From NCBI GenBank assembly GCA_051294905.1, contig CM119371.1, positions 37,760,001 to 37,824,000 of the forward strand: a stretch of DNA of 64,000 nucleotides, given 5' to 3'. How positions within the stretch are numbered: the first letter of the stretch is position 1; the number at the start of each line of letters is the position of its first letter. Positions 50,831 through 64,000 of the stretch are shown piece after piece. This DNA comes from Botryllus schlosseri. Lineage: Eukaryota. The notes beneath the pieces are model-generated. The model was given only the letters and a program-made list of their open reading frames with translations, had not been told where the DNA came from and did not search any database. The translations under genes were made by a program, and so were the position numbers.

Positions 50831-52463
50831 GTCTAATGAATACATTTGACGTGCCTTAATTATTTCCGTCTTTATTCTACCACTCAGTTATTAAGAATTA
50901 GATAACGGCTCTTTCTAAGCCGCTGTATCGTCGGCGGGGTACAGGAGGAGGTGGAAGCTGAGGTTGGGGTGGATCGACAGGCCTGTAGACGAGGCTTGGG
51001 TTGTAGGGCACCAATCCGCGGGTTTGATGAGTCTGGTACACTGCCTGAAATTGGAAATAAATTTGAAGAGTATGCAGTCGAGAGCTGCATAGAAAAGATC
51101 TGAAACACCGGGGCAGAGAGGACAACAATAATCGCGAATTTGTGGGGAAATAGTACAAGTACTCACGTGCTTAGCAACTGGTTTCATTCTGTCTGCTTCT
51201 GTTAAAATCAGAATCAGCGGCGGGTGTATCATGGAACAGAATGCAGAAAACTCACCATCAGAAGCGTAGACTACGAAGGCGAACATAGCGAGGCAAATAT
51301 TTGCTATCTTCATTTATAATCTACAAGCTGAAGGAATACAAACTGCAAGATTAATGCAACGATGATGATGTGGCAGCCTCGAGTTATTTTCAAGTCCATT
51401 CGTGCACGGCAACGCTCATGGGTCGCTTGCACAGTACAGGAATAATCGCGTATAAATAATATATGGCGTGTGCGCGGCAATTTTGCGAATAGACAACCGG
51501 CTAAAAGTTCTGCTAAAATATTGCGTCACTAGTTATACTTTTATCTTGAGTCTCGCGCTTGACAACGACCGAGCGTGTTGTCATATCTGTCCTGCGTGAC
51601 TCAGTTTTTCCACTTTGAAGTGATAAATAATTTCTCTTTCGTAGTTGATGGACCGAAGTCACTCATGCATACCTACTCTGTTTTAAATTTTGAACATTAT
51701 GACGACATACTAACGTTAAGACACCCCATTGCTGTAATATTTGCTCATTTCAGAATTTCAACCAAATATTCGATGCCAAGACAGGTTACTTTGTCAGAGG
51801 AACTAGATATTTTAATATTTTTATTTCTCGTACATTTTTCTGACGAAATGCCTGAAATTGTAGCAGTGAAACACAATGTTTCGAAATAATAATGACCAAC
51901 ACATCACAAAACCATTCTAACACTTCACATCGGAATCTCTGTTTCTAACTTAGCCCTTGTTTTCCCTATCTTATGTCTTCAACCTGCTACTTGAGATATT
52001 CTAATCGACTCCATCTTAACGCTGCGACTCACACATCATCTCTTAAGCCACTTAAACGTGACCTAAAACGTGACAGGAAATAAAGAGAGCGACAACGGCA
52101 CCTATATTATCCCTTTCATGTTTAAACGAGCTATTGTGGCTGAATGCCGAGTGGTATATGCCATAATGTCATGACGACGCCTGTGCATCCCAGATAAAAA
52201 TGAAAGATAAACCATTGCAAGTATACTGCTGCAAAACAGCCCAAAACAGATATACACAAGTGCTGTGGTGTTCTGTGTTTTTTCAATCTACCGCATATAC
52301 GCAAGTTAATCACAAAATGTTAATCCAACATCTTCGACATCTTCATCTATCTTCTGATCAAAAAACTAAAAGGTCGCTCCAATGTCGGATATATTCTAAT
52401 AACGAATGAACGATGATTTCGAATGGCGCTTAGAATAAAAAAAATAGGGATATTCATTCCAGT

Positions 52464-52991
52464 GGCGAGATAGCGTATAGTGGTGTGATCCACAACTGCA
52501 ACACTGGTAGAAGAGACGGTCGAACACTTCCCGCTAGTGTGCCCAGTTTATGTTTCGCATAGAGGATATTTGGAGGGTGCGACGAGACGGAACCATGTCG
52601 ACTTGACAGTACGGGCCGTATTCCTGAGTCCATGTACAATTCAGCCTGTTATTGAATTCGTATTAGACACCCGATCAATCTAATTTTTGGATATATTATT
52701 TTCGAAGTGGTCTGGTGCACAAGACCAAGTCAAGCACAATTAACCCCACATACAACAACAGCTCCAACACCAATGGGTTGCGGGTTCGAGTCCGGCCGAG
52801 ATCGACTTCAGAATTCCTGCTTAAGTGTTTGAGGTTTATCTAGGCTCACTCGTGACGCGAGTAAGCGGTGTCTTGTAAAAGGACTATGAGTAGGCCGTGC
52901 TACAAGTCGGTCAATACGGGATGAAAAAGAACGGCCTAGTGTAAAACGACCAATCTAGTCGAAACACCATGAATATCAAACAAACAAAGTA
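52464..52991 (+). mobile_element. tRNA-derived SINE, family 1, with a ~250-bp interruption in the head
   Basis: Head ggcgagatagcg..., resumes ~52757, B box GGTTCGAGTCC, (CAAA)n tail; TSD atattcattcc(a/g)gt. Confidence 0.75.
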
Positions 52992-55919
52992 ATATTCATT
53001 CCGGTAGGCCGTAGGTAGTAATATTTATCATCTCTCGGCTCGGAAAAATGCGAGTATCTGAGTACCTCGATCCCAAATCGAGTATATCTCTTTTAGTCGA
53101 TTCGTCTATTCGAGTATATAGTAGCACTGACATGTCTAAAATTGAATTGTGCTTGCTCTTTGCTACCCCAAAGAATATAATGCAAGTTCTACGTCACGAT
53201 AAATATAATTTGGTATTACGCTGTGGATCATCACGGCGTCACATATATGTCATTCTCACTAACGCGCGTACACGCGTACCAAATGTTTCATATGATGCTA
53301 TGAAACCATCAACCGATGCTTCGAAGACTGCCACAGTGGGAAAGAGTATTGAAACTATAATTTTAGTCAATAAATTACCTATTAATGGCTTAACTACCAA
53401 TGTTACTACTCGAGCTATTATAATTGATAATTCAGATTTGATCGCTCGAATCATTGTATCCTGTCCCAATCATCATAGGTAAACAGAATCTACTGCAGCC
53501 GTGCGATCGCAATGGGGCATTTCCACTTCATTCTGAACACTAGGGACGATAAAGAAAACTCGACCCAAAACTGCTTTGTTGCTACATGCTTTACTATGGG
53601 ACTGGACTAAACATTGACCTAATTTGATCTCTTGACGTACAACGAGTATGGTGATAGTATCCATATCAATATAGTTTATCCATATGGATATCAAATAACT
53701 GTTAGCGGACTGAAATGATGCTGTTTCTTAGCGTCTGTCCTCGTGATGGAAGTGCTGAAATTATGATTATATCCTTATCACCAACTGCAATGGTTCTATC
53801 ATTATAATTTTCCCGATTAAGCGGCCAAAGTTACACCAGATTAGACTGGATCCAACACAAACCCTTTCAAGATATATATGACCTCGGCCAAATGGCTGTC
53901 TGGTTGAAAGACCTCATGTCATTTCAATACTTTCCTATCCTTTAATCTCATCACTATCTGTTGGTGTTTTTAAAAGATTAAATACTAATAATACCAACTA
54001 GATCTCATCCTCCCTAATGATTGAAGGATGTACCAGTGTTGTTGCAGTTATAATACTACTAAATATCAACTAGATCTCATCCTCTCTGATCATTGACAAT
54101 TAAACGGTGTACCAGTTGTATTGTTGCAGTTATCTTGTTGAATAAAATGGAACGGTTATAGTCTATCAAGCAGAGTCCTGAATATTTTTTTGACCGACCC
54201 CGGAAATAATTTGTATGGTAAGCACGTAAACGTTGGATCGTAAAATTCTAATCAAGTATTATTCATGCTCATAATTACTCGGTTACATAATAATTCTCAA
54301 CTTGAAGGAATGTCAACCCGCTATTCGAGAAACCCATGTATGGGACTGCCCTACGACACAATGCAAAATACTTTGGTGGAAAACCAATTGATACAAATAG
54401 CATCACCATTCGCCATATCCAAGACTATTCAAGGAGAATGCTAATGTGAAACTTGCAGATTGTAAAACACAAAAATGAGCTCCCGAGCATTTATCATTCT
54501 TGATCATCGAGTTTGTCTTTGAAAATATTGAAGGTTTAGCATGATCGAGTTTGTCCTTGAAAATATTGAAGGTTAAGCTAAGTTCGTAATTGCGCTACTA
54601 ATATAATATGTATCAGATACATATAATAAGAGTCCGGGTAGCGAGCAAATTGACAGTAGTCAATAATCGTTCACTCCAGCCTGGCTCATAATCACCCCCG
54701 GCTTCACTGATATACTCTTCTGGGTTCAATATCCAAAAGCTGTAATTCAAGCCATAGAGAACACATCAGAATATCAAAGAAGAAGTTGAAGTGGCTGTAC
54801 TTGAAAAAAGTACCGTTACAATATTTGATGGATTTATCATTGGAATGGTGGTTGCTTTTCACTAAGTATGCTTCTTAGTTCTTTTGATAACGGGTGAATC
54901 AGTATAGATTCAGCTAGCCCTTTTTCAAATTCTTTAATAGTCATAACAAGATGCCGTGCCTAATGACTCTACGGTCCAGTGGCGGCTCGTGACAATATCG
55001 TGTGGTGGGGCAAGGGGTGTACGCGATTTTAATTGTCTAAATGACGTCACAATAGTGTATTGCGACGTGAAAATGTGACTTCGTGATGGTCACACACAAT
55101 TTGTATGGGGTATAGACATTAGGCATGGCATGGCATGGCCATGGGCATGGGCATGGTTAACAAAGATTACGCATTTCAAATTATTCGAGAGAAAATATGA
55201 AGTACAGTAGTTCAAACCTGCACATTTTAACGTTTGTATCAGTAGGCCTATTGCGCGCGGCGTGATTTCATAGTTGAAAAATGTTCAACGACGAGTTCAT
55301 TGAAATCTGGAATACCCGCAGAATGAGAGCGTAAGAATCGTGAGCACATCTAACGCATCGAGCCTTATCACTGCAGCAAAGTTGATAAAAAGGGATTTTT
55401 CATAGGAATTTTACAAGTTCACTAGTGGATACTACTACGGAAAAGGTGTATTGGAATATAAACCAGTCAAATCGAGTTGAGCAATGTCGACCATCGGGTA
55501 ATATCGAGACACCGTTTGCAGTAGCCCGCATGGTTCAGATCACGTTACCCAATTTCGGTCGCACTAGAGACACTGTCCCCTGGCACCAGCAGTGTAAAAG
55601 TGTATTTGTATAACAAGGCGTCCTTATCCTCGCTTATACGTCTGCCTTTCATTTTTTATCGAAGTACGTTGGGAAAAGGGTAAGAGTGCGCTTTCCTTCC
55701 GTGTACGGTTAGATCAATGGATAATTTCCAGGCTGATAAGGGCCGAGTCTTGTGTAAAAACACCGAATTTAGCGTAAAATATATTAAGGTATAGACTGAT
55801 CAAGCGATCAGCTGTTAGCCGTCATCGAAAACGAACTATAGCTAACGCGCTTGACATAGGAATGTCAGCAAATGGCTTGAAGGCCACAATTTCACGGTAA
55901 AATTGACATTGGAGAATAT

Positions 55920-58155
55920 CAGTGGCGGCTCGTCCTATAGGGCAACTGGGGCATTGCCCCACCTAAAATTCTGTTCAATAACAATTTAACCATTTATAGA
56001 CGCACAGCGCACAATATATACCGAGATCACAGCGAAACCCGCGTTCTTCTTGTGCTTTCGCTTGCAAATGCCCATACATAGCGAAGTCTCTGCGAAAATC
56101 GAATTCTCTTCTGTGTTTTCGCTTTGTGAATGCCTAGCCGGGGCTTGCCCCGGTAGCGCTCATAACAAGCTTTCACTATCTATTCTCTCAAAGCCGCGCA
56201 CAATTAAGAAACGGTGATATACTCTCTCCTATTCGTAAAATGGCCGAGCAACCGGGGCATATATGCCTGTCGCCCCTAAGGTGTGATGTAACAATCGTAT
56301 CTATGTCTGAACTCGGATACCGTGATATGCGTTGAGTCGACCTTTGCTGGTATAGGTCGATTTTGATGGTGTTTCACACCATGATAATTCTTGAAACTTG
56401 GTATGTAATGTCGTGATGGTGGTATTTAACACTGTCCTAAGTTTCAGGGTTTCTACTCAAAGTTTAGGGTAGTAATTCCGTTTTCAAAGTCGAGTGTGTG
56501 CTGATCCGTCATGTATCGCAAACATATTTCACGCAAAGCCGGTATTGGTCTCCATTAATTTTAACGATGCTCCTTAGCTAGATCCGTCATGAGCTTTTAC
56601 ATGGTATGTCTTGGTTTTAGTATCGAACGCTGTGCCAAGTCTCAAGGTTGGCACTCAATGATTAGGGCAGCAATTTCGTTATCAAGTTCGAGTATGGTAG
56701 AGATGTGCGCTGATCTGACACTTAGCCTACCTAACGCATTGCGGATTTCACGCAAAAGCCGGTGTATCTGTGTTCCATACTGAGATAGGTGATGAGATGA
56801 TGATATCATGAAACAGTTTACTAACATCCTCGGTTTGCATTCAAATATTTAGTTTTATTTTATATTCTCCAATGTCAATTTCACCGTGGAATGGTGGCCT
56901 TCGGGCCATTTGCTCACAATTACAACCCCTGTCAAGCGCGATAGCTGTTTCGTTTTCGATGGCGGCTAACAGCTTATCGCTTGATCAGCCTATTCCTCAG
57001 TAAATTTTACGCAAAATTCGGCGTTGATCAATTCGTATTAATTTTGACAGTGTACCATACCGAAAACGGTCATGAGGCTACTTCTCGATGATTTCATGTA
57101 ACAGTGTACCAAGTTTTCGGCTTTCATCCACGTATTTATTCGGTAATATATTTTCCGATGGCGATTTTGCAGCAGACATATAGACAGTAGACACTATAGA
57201 CCGTAAGCCGTATGTGTCGTGTGACAATCTCCAGCCTCAAGGTCAAAATCTCCCAAGCTGTACCGGGACCGAATTTCCGAGGATGCTATCCGTAGTTCTT
57301 CAGAATGATGTTTTGGATTCAATATGACATTTCCTTGTCCAATCTATGAGATAACAATTGCGTATGTGTCCGAACTCGTTGACCTTTCCAGTATGGCATA
57401 CGCAATCTCTCGATTTAAAGTCATTTCCATTTCTGCAGATAAGTAGTCAGGTCAAGTGCGAACATGAATCGTGTTGAATCTTTGCTCCGTACGCCGTTTA
57501 GCCAGCTGCCTTTAGAGCAAAAATTAGAGGTAAAGCGACTAGGTCCGTATCAGCCTAGAAATTGCCCATTGGTCCAATCGTACGCCGGAGGAAAACGCAC
57601 TCGTGCCTTTTCTTCAGCGCATTTCGATAAAAATGAATGGCTTACTTATATCGAGGATAAAAACGCCTTGTTTTGCTTTTACTGTCTTTTATTCGACAGT
57701 GCCGGTACCGGAAGCAGTGGCTCTTGTTGGAACAAAATTGGTTATCGCGATCTGAAGCATTTGTCATTTGTCATGCGAATGCTCTTTGTAGGTAGTTGGT
57801 CTGTGTATTTTTTGGTATAGTCTTACTCGGCGCTTACGTAATCTCTACCACGAAATCATAACGCATGCTACTAAGGATACCCTGATGATTGATTCGTGGC
57901 ATGGAAACGATTCTTAGTTCGCGTACATTTTGTAAAATATTCATTTGAATAAAAAACAATGAATAAAACATTTGTTACCGCACTTCAAGTCACGCCACCG
58001 GCAAACCTCTCGCGGCACCTACGTTAAAAATCATTGTTTACGGGAAATTCATGTGACCATCATGAACGTTGAAAAACGCTACTGTGACGTCATATTGATA
58101 ACAAGTCGCTTGCGGCCCTTGCCCCACCACCCGATATTGTCACGAGCCGCCACTG
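55920..58155 (+). mobile_element. Deleted hAT element of the same family, inner copy in the opposite orientation
   Basis: TIR CAGTGGCGGCTCGT; perfect TSD gagaatat. Confidence 0.9.
57464..57820 (+). pseudogene. N-terminal fragment of a hAT transposase (TTF-type zinc finger, ZMYM1-like)
   Basis: LGPYQP...RAFSSAHFDKNEWLTY..KNALFCFYCLLF...WNKIGYRDLKHL. Confidence 0.85.
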
Positions 58156-60850
58156 GAGAATATAAAATAAAGTAAAGATTTGAATGCAAACCGCGAATCT
58201 TAGTAACCTCATTTATGAGATCATCATCTCTTCACCTATCTCAGTATGAAACACAGTTAAAATTAGCACAGACCAACACAGGCTTTTGCGTGAAATCCGC
58301 AATGCGGTAGTTAGCATTAGGCCATGTGTCAGATCAGCACCCATCTCTACTATACTTGACCTCGATAACGAAATTAGTGTCCAAATCATTGAGTGTCAAC
58401 CTCGAGACTTGACACAACGTTTGATACTGAAATCAAGACATACCGTCCAAAAGCTCAAGACCGATCTAGGTATGGAGCATCGTTAAAATCGATAGAGACC
58501 AATACCGGTTTTGCGTAAAATCTGTTAGTGATAAATGGCGAGTCAGCTCTCACTCGACTCAGGAGACGAAATTACCACTCACATAGTTCCGTGATAAACT
58601 TAAAACTTGGTACGGCGTTCGATACTAACACTATGACTAACTATGCCAAATGTCATGACAGATCTGGGCATGAAACATCGTCAAAATCAATGGAGACCAA
58701 TACCCGCTTTTAAGTAAAATCTGTTTGCGATACATGACGGATTAGCACACTGTCAACGTTGGAAACGAAATTACTGCCCTACACTTTAATTAGCAACCCT
58801 GAAACTTGGAGCGGTGTTAAATACCACCTTCACGACATAACATACCAAGTTTCAAGAATTATCAATGTGTGAAACATCGCAAAAATCGTCCAATACCAGC
58901 TAAGGTCGACTCAACGCGTGTGCCGGTAACCTAGTTGAGATATAGATGCGATTGTTACATCACACCTTAGGGGCAACCAGGAATGTTGCCCTACTTGCTC
59001 GGTAATTTTATGAATAGGAGAGAGTAAATCACCGTTTCTTTATTGTGCGCGGATTTTAGAGAATAGACAGTGAAAGCTTGTTATGAGCGCTACCGGGGCA
59101 AGCCCCGGCTAGGCATTCACAAAGCGAAAACACAGAAGATAATTCGATTTTCGCATAGACTGCGCTAGGTATGGGCATTTACAAGCGAAAGCACAAGAAG
59201 AATGCGGGTTTCGCTGTGATATCGGTATATATTGGTTGCTGTGCGTCTATAAATGGTAAATGATTGTTATTGAACAGCATTTTAGGTGGGGCAATGCCCC
59301 AGTTGCCCTATAGGACGAGTCGCCACTGCTACGGTCTATTCATTTGAAACAGCTTTCGCTTTTGCCTTTTGACATAAACGTCTCTTCTGCAACCTCTTTC
59401 ATTGATAACAGATGGGAGTAAGAGTTTCATCAGCTCCATTGTAATTCAAACGCATGATTTTTATATGTTGTAGGACCTCAACTGCACATTACATGATTTT
59501 CCATAACGCACAACACTCATGGGGCCATGGGGGAACTGATTTACTACAGGGGAAGTATCCTACTTGGAAGTATACTACTATGATTTTGGTGAAATGATAT
59601 TTTGCAAACAACTTTTCCAGGACCAGGCATCCATACTTATCCTCCCTATAACTTTCTGTTTCTAATTGATGCATCTTTTGAGTTCAAATGACCGACATCA
59701 CTACACAATGAGGAGTAGCCTATAACAACAGCCATATCATACGACTCTCGAAATTTAACAGCAATGTAAGCTGCCACGATGTCAATGTCCATCACGAGGA
59801 CAAGGTGTCAAGAAATGGCATCCTTTTCGTCACTAACAGCTATTTGATATCCATATGGACGATTTATACTGATATGGATACTTTCATCATCCCCTTTGTG
59901 CGTCAAGAGACGAAATTAGGTCCATGTTCAGTCCAGTCTCATAGTAAAGCATATAGCAACAAAACTGATTTGGGTCGAGTTATCTCTATCGCCTCTAGTG
60001 TTCAGAATGAACTGTAAATGCCCCATAGGAATCGGTGTAAGTGACACATTTTATACCAATGGAAGGGTGTGAAATCTCAATTTAGTGCCTAAACGTGTTA
60101 GTCACCTGGGCAGCACCCTACTCTAGAATGAAAATGGCCATGGTGTAATATAATGACTGTCGTTTTAATTGGAATTTTACAAAACTTTACTCGGATCAGC
60201 AACACCCACCCTCGCGTGAGTGAGTTCCGTGGTAAACTTCCACTTTAGAAACATATAATTAAGCCAATGTTGTGGCAGTGGTCGGGTTCAGCTGTAGGCT
60301 TGAGACGTAAGACGCAATGAAGGGGCTGGATTAGGGACCAATTCCTGTGCTGAGCTGAGTAGCGATATGCCAACTTCACTCTCCAAGAAGCTGCGAAGCA
60401 GCGCTAAACAGACAGAGGAATGGCTTTACCGTGCTAGACAGTGGCTGATGACGTAGCCTACTATAAGATTTTTGGTGCCGCGGTGGTTTTGTCGCGAATA
60501 TATGAAGTCAGGAACTTGTGCATATTGTGTATCTGAAGTTTCTTTTGCTGACTGAGCGTAAACATTTTTACCGTCAATGCAATTATGCCAATGTAAATCT
60601 GCTCAGAAAACGTCGAAGGATAAAACATTTGTAAGAATCATACACAGGGACGAAACAGCACTAAGCGCTAGTCATTGGCATCTCATAGTCTTATACAATC
60701 GCCGCTGGAGTACCTTCTCTTCTTACGGCAATTTCATTACTGCCCTTATGTTGGCAATTTGCAAGGACGGTTACACACTTTCTGTAGCGAACAAAGTCTG
60801 TTGAATCACGAACGCGCTCGAATTGCTAATGGCAATCGCAAGGCGTAGGC

Positions 60851-61519
60851 CAGGGGTGGCCAACCTTTTCGGTCAAGGGGCCACATGCACAATTGAAGAG
60901 CTATTGCGCGGGCCACTAGCCGCGCGAAGCGCGAACGTTTTTAAAGTTTATCAGTCAATAATATTGTTACTTGAGTATATTGCGGGTCTGCTGTATATCA
61001 CTACGCTCAGTTTGAAGGGACAGGACTATTCGGCACCTGGACATGTCGATATCGAAAGCTTCGGCCAACGATCGTCAATCATTTTGTGCCTAGGTTTCAT
61101 CGTCGACGATCTTTCTGCGAGCGCAAACGCAATGACGTATGTTGGACGACACTTTCTCTCGTAATTGCGAATATAGTTAGACTCAATCTGGTACATTTTG
61201 AGGAGGGGTTAACATTAATAAAAGCAAGAAATCGAGTGACCAGATATTGCGCGAAGCGTGAGGAAAATTCTTACTTTAGATAAATCTAACGCAAAATATA
61301 TTAGTTTATTGTAATGTGCGAAGATCTACCGAAATGTGAATGGCCCTTGGATCTGCCAATGCGTCGGAACTGATATTTTAGTCTTTAACATCCCAAGCGT
61401 TGCGACCAGACAAATCAAATTTTCGGTTGGCCTTGCACGTTCACAATCTGGGCAACCCATTTTTGATAATATAACTAATTTCGAAAATTACCTCGTGAGC
61501 CACATGATGGCCGTCCCTG
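60851..61519. mobile_element. hAT (Buster-type) MITE
   Basis: CAGGGGTGGCCA / TGGCCGTCCCTG; TSD gcgtaggc/gcgtagtc. Confidence 0.8.
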
Positions 61520-61945
61520 GCGTAGTCTATCTATTTATCTCTATCGGATTGGTACGCACCCAAATTGCGAGTGTTCTGTTATGAAGAATTAGTGCGGAGG
61601 TGTTTTCTAGTCGCGCGAAGCGAGAAAAGTAGGACCTGCTCTATTTCAAGTTCATGAATGAAATTTGTCAATCACATTGGTAGTTTATTTATAAAATTTT
61701 TATCGTCTCTTAGTCCACGTGATCGCATTCAGCAGGAACGTTGATGTAGAATGTAGAGAATCTTCGAGAATGTAAAGAACGTCATTAAACAGTTATACAC
61801 CTTAGGCCATGTTCCTACCACACGGTTAAGACTGTTCCTGAAGGTTCTCGCTGGCTGGCTAAGGGCGGGTCCAGTGGCATTCATTACTCTGTTAAAGCAG
61901 GCTGTTATTGCGTGAGCTCAGGTGAAGATTGTCGCTACTCCCATA

Positions 61946-62014
61946 GGGTGTCGTCTGATTTCAAAGACTACTCCAAGTCGTTTCGACACCTTGCTATCTT
62001 TTCATTGCATCGCA
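61946..62014. repeat. Uninterrupted paralog of the E2 target sequence
   Basis: gtctgatttcaaagaCTACTCcaagtcgtttcgac joins both E2 flanks with a single CTACTC (61968-61973). Confidence 0.85.
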
Positions 62015-63337
62015 ATCCTGTGGTGTGTTGATTTGATAAGTTTGTTAATACTAAACTGAACTTATAAAATATTGGAATGACTTACACGTACCAGACCAAA
62101 CTTTAGACGATAAATGCTTAGGCGAGATGAATGCGATTCGAAACCAGACCAAATTAAAGAAAAAAATCATTTCTCTTCCGGAAGCATGCTTTCAATGGGC
62201 GCTCTATAGTTCTCCTCTGTGGGTCGCATTTGCATTGCGGGGCTCAGATTACAATGACAAATCTATTCTGCTCCGAACTTTTCAGCGCTTGGATACATCA
62301 ATATCGAAGTTTTCAACGAACATGGCGCGGTTATTTTGGGAAACAGTTATATCGTCGACTAGTATGTTTTGGCAGCCCACTTCACGGAGTCGAATAACTC
62401 CACGTTGATATACGAAATAGTGTTAGGCCCATTTCGAGATTGATCCTTTCCGATTGACGAGCTTGGGCTGTGGCTGTTGCGGCTCTGAGCAATTGAGAAT
62501 ATAACACCATGAAAGACTAGTGTTATGAACTAAATAGTTGACAATAGTGCCAGTCGAGAGGTAGTCAACTACGAATTACTTGGTCAATTTCATGTACAGA
62601 AATGTTTCTGGCCAGAGCATCGCCGATTGAATATTTAGTTGCTTGAGAGCGGGATCCTTAATTGTCATGTTTTCCGTGCTATATATCGCACAGGTACTGC
62701 TAACTCTTAATTTGTTGCTGTTGTTTGAGTTTATTTTAGGTACTCGACTTCTAGTGGTATTTTGCGTCAGGCCGATATTTAGGTTAGTCGTCGTTTTATA
62801 TTATTATATATTACGACCTTTGAGTAGCACATAATCTATTAGAGATGGAGGGACTTTTGTTAGTCTTTAGTTGGAAAGGAACGTCATAATATATTTATTT
62901 TCTCTCGCGGGTACTTCGCAATTGAATCTATTTAGATGGACATTAATTACTTTGTTGCGGATATAGGCTGAAGGCCAAGGCCGTAAATTCGATTTTTGGT
63001 TCTTGTAGCTGCGCATTTTGAATATCATGTAAGTTGTAAAAGTCTGATCCTATCGGAATCCACCCGTTCGTGTTTGGTTATTGAGTTGATGATTTTATTT
63101 CTTTTGATTCGTACTCAAAACTCACTTGCCTCTGCAATTATTCGAAAATATCAAATAGAAAAGTCACAACTATTCGAAAATATCCGAAATGACATCTGAA
63201 ATGGAATCGGTATTGGTGTAAATCTGGTACAAGTGCTATCCTAGTCTGAGTTATGCTGTAGTCACTGGCGGACAGTGCTCGGAGATGGAGGTCCGTTGAT
63301 CTTAACCCCTGTGCCGAAATATGTCATCTCAGTTCGA

Positions 63338-63430
63338 TTCCAATTTTCTACTAGTTGCTGACGATTACCGCTGACAAGTATCAATCGAAAATAGTTGGAT
63401 TTATTTAAATATCAATGCATTATTCAATTT
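63338..63430 (+). repeat. Degenerate Penelope pLTR/hammerhead relic
   Basis: ttccaattttctactagttgctgacgattaccgctgacaagtatcaatcgaaaata aligns to the 359-bp unit. Confidence 0.7.
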
Positions 63431-64000
63431 GGTCATATTGGGACCCACGCGTTTGAACTATTCCCAGAATTGATCATGCCAGTCATCTCTGTTATGAAAG
63501 AATTAAGCCGGTGTGTTTACGCGATTACAGGCCATTAAGTCGCCGATATTAAAGTCGCGTCATCATTCTAAACAGATCCAGAGCGATCGCGTTGCGTAAT
63601 TGCCCGGGAACATAAAACGTAGGCTCTCGCGTGACCGGTCGTGCCGGGAGGTGACGCCGGGGTTGGGAATTTCTTTGGCGAGTAAACTCTGAGTGTGACG
63701 AGGGTGTTTGGCCATTCACGATTTCTCGTGGGCGGGGGAAGCTTGTCTGCTGATATGTTATTGAATGGATTGGGAATGTTGGCGCTGAAGTTCCGTAAAT
63801 GTGGTTTCACAATCAAATATATATTATAAATAGTATAATCGTTTGATTGGCGGAAATCACACGTGGTAGATTATTGTAGGAATATTGATTGTCCGCCTCG
63901 AAGGTCAGTAGTTGGGACCTAACAACCACATATTCGTTTTTACCCCAGGCGTAGCGTTGAAGTATCATTTTAAAACGAGCAGGATAATGGATCTTAAAGA

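Larger units (their letters stand above)
49399..51313 (-). pseudogene. Paralog B of gene A (signal peptide, Pro-rich and Thr-rich exons), prematurely stopped
   Basis: Exons 51313-51256, 51198-51167, 51044-~50888, 49514-49399 with the same intron phases as gene A; TAA at 50898-50900 where A has TAC; donor GT changed to CT. Confidence 0.75.
54977..59328 (-). mobile_element. Deleted hAT (Tip100/ZMYM1-like) element, outer copy
   Basis: TIR CAGTGGCG(G/A)CTCGT; perfect TSD ctacggtc; decayed transposase remnant ~55520-55760 (-). Confidence 0.88.
53514..60024 (-). mobile_element. Old DNA transposon relic with ~240-bp TIRs (ISL2EU/PIF-Harbinger-like)
   Basis: Diverged inverted repeats 53514-~53750 and ~59787-60024 starting GGGGCATTT, flanked by AT on both sides; decayed THAP-like WMPGPGKVVCK/YHF on - near 59590-59635. 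Confidence 0.55.

Overview
Repeat-rich eukaryotic (metazoan, probably marine-invertebrate-type; inferred) DNA with no long intact ORF. Two giant non-coding inverted-repeat elements dominate it: E1 at 6635-21717 and E2 at 26142-40742. Both start AGTAGT, end ACTACT and are flanked by perfect 6-bp target-site duplications (TSDs), which is the Polinton/Maverick end signature, but neither encodes a recognisable protein. E1 has 5.68-kb arms and a 2.17-kb spacer. E2 is a 14.6-kb near-perfect hairpin with a ~41-nt telomere-like G-rich loop and six tRNA-Leu(UAA) fragments. One arm of E1 carries a young insertion of 359-bp mini-Penelope units, each with a minimal hammerhead ribozyme (retrozyme-like); a parental Penelope GIY-YIG fragment lies at ~2.4-3.0 kb. 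The host content is a decaying cluster of secreted Pro/Thr-rich C-type-lectin genes. The rest is hAT MITEs, a hAT element nested in inverted orientation inside a relative and within a probable ISL2EU/Harbinger-like relic, and tRNA-derived SINEs. All calls were made by eye; no searches were run.
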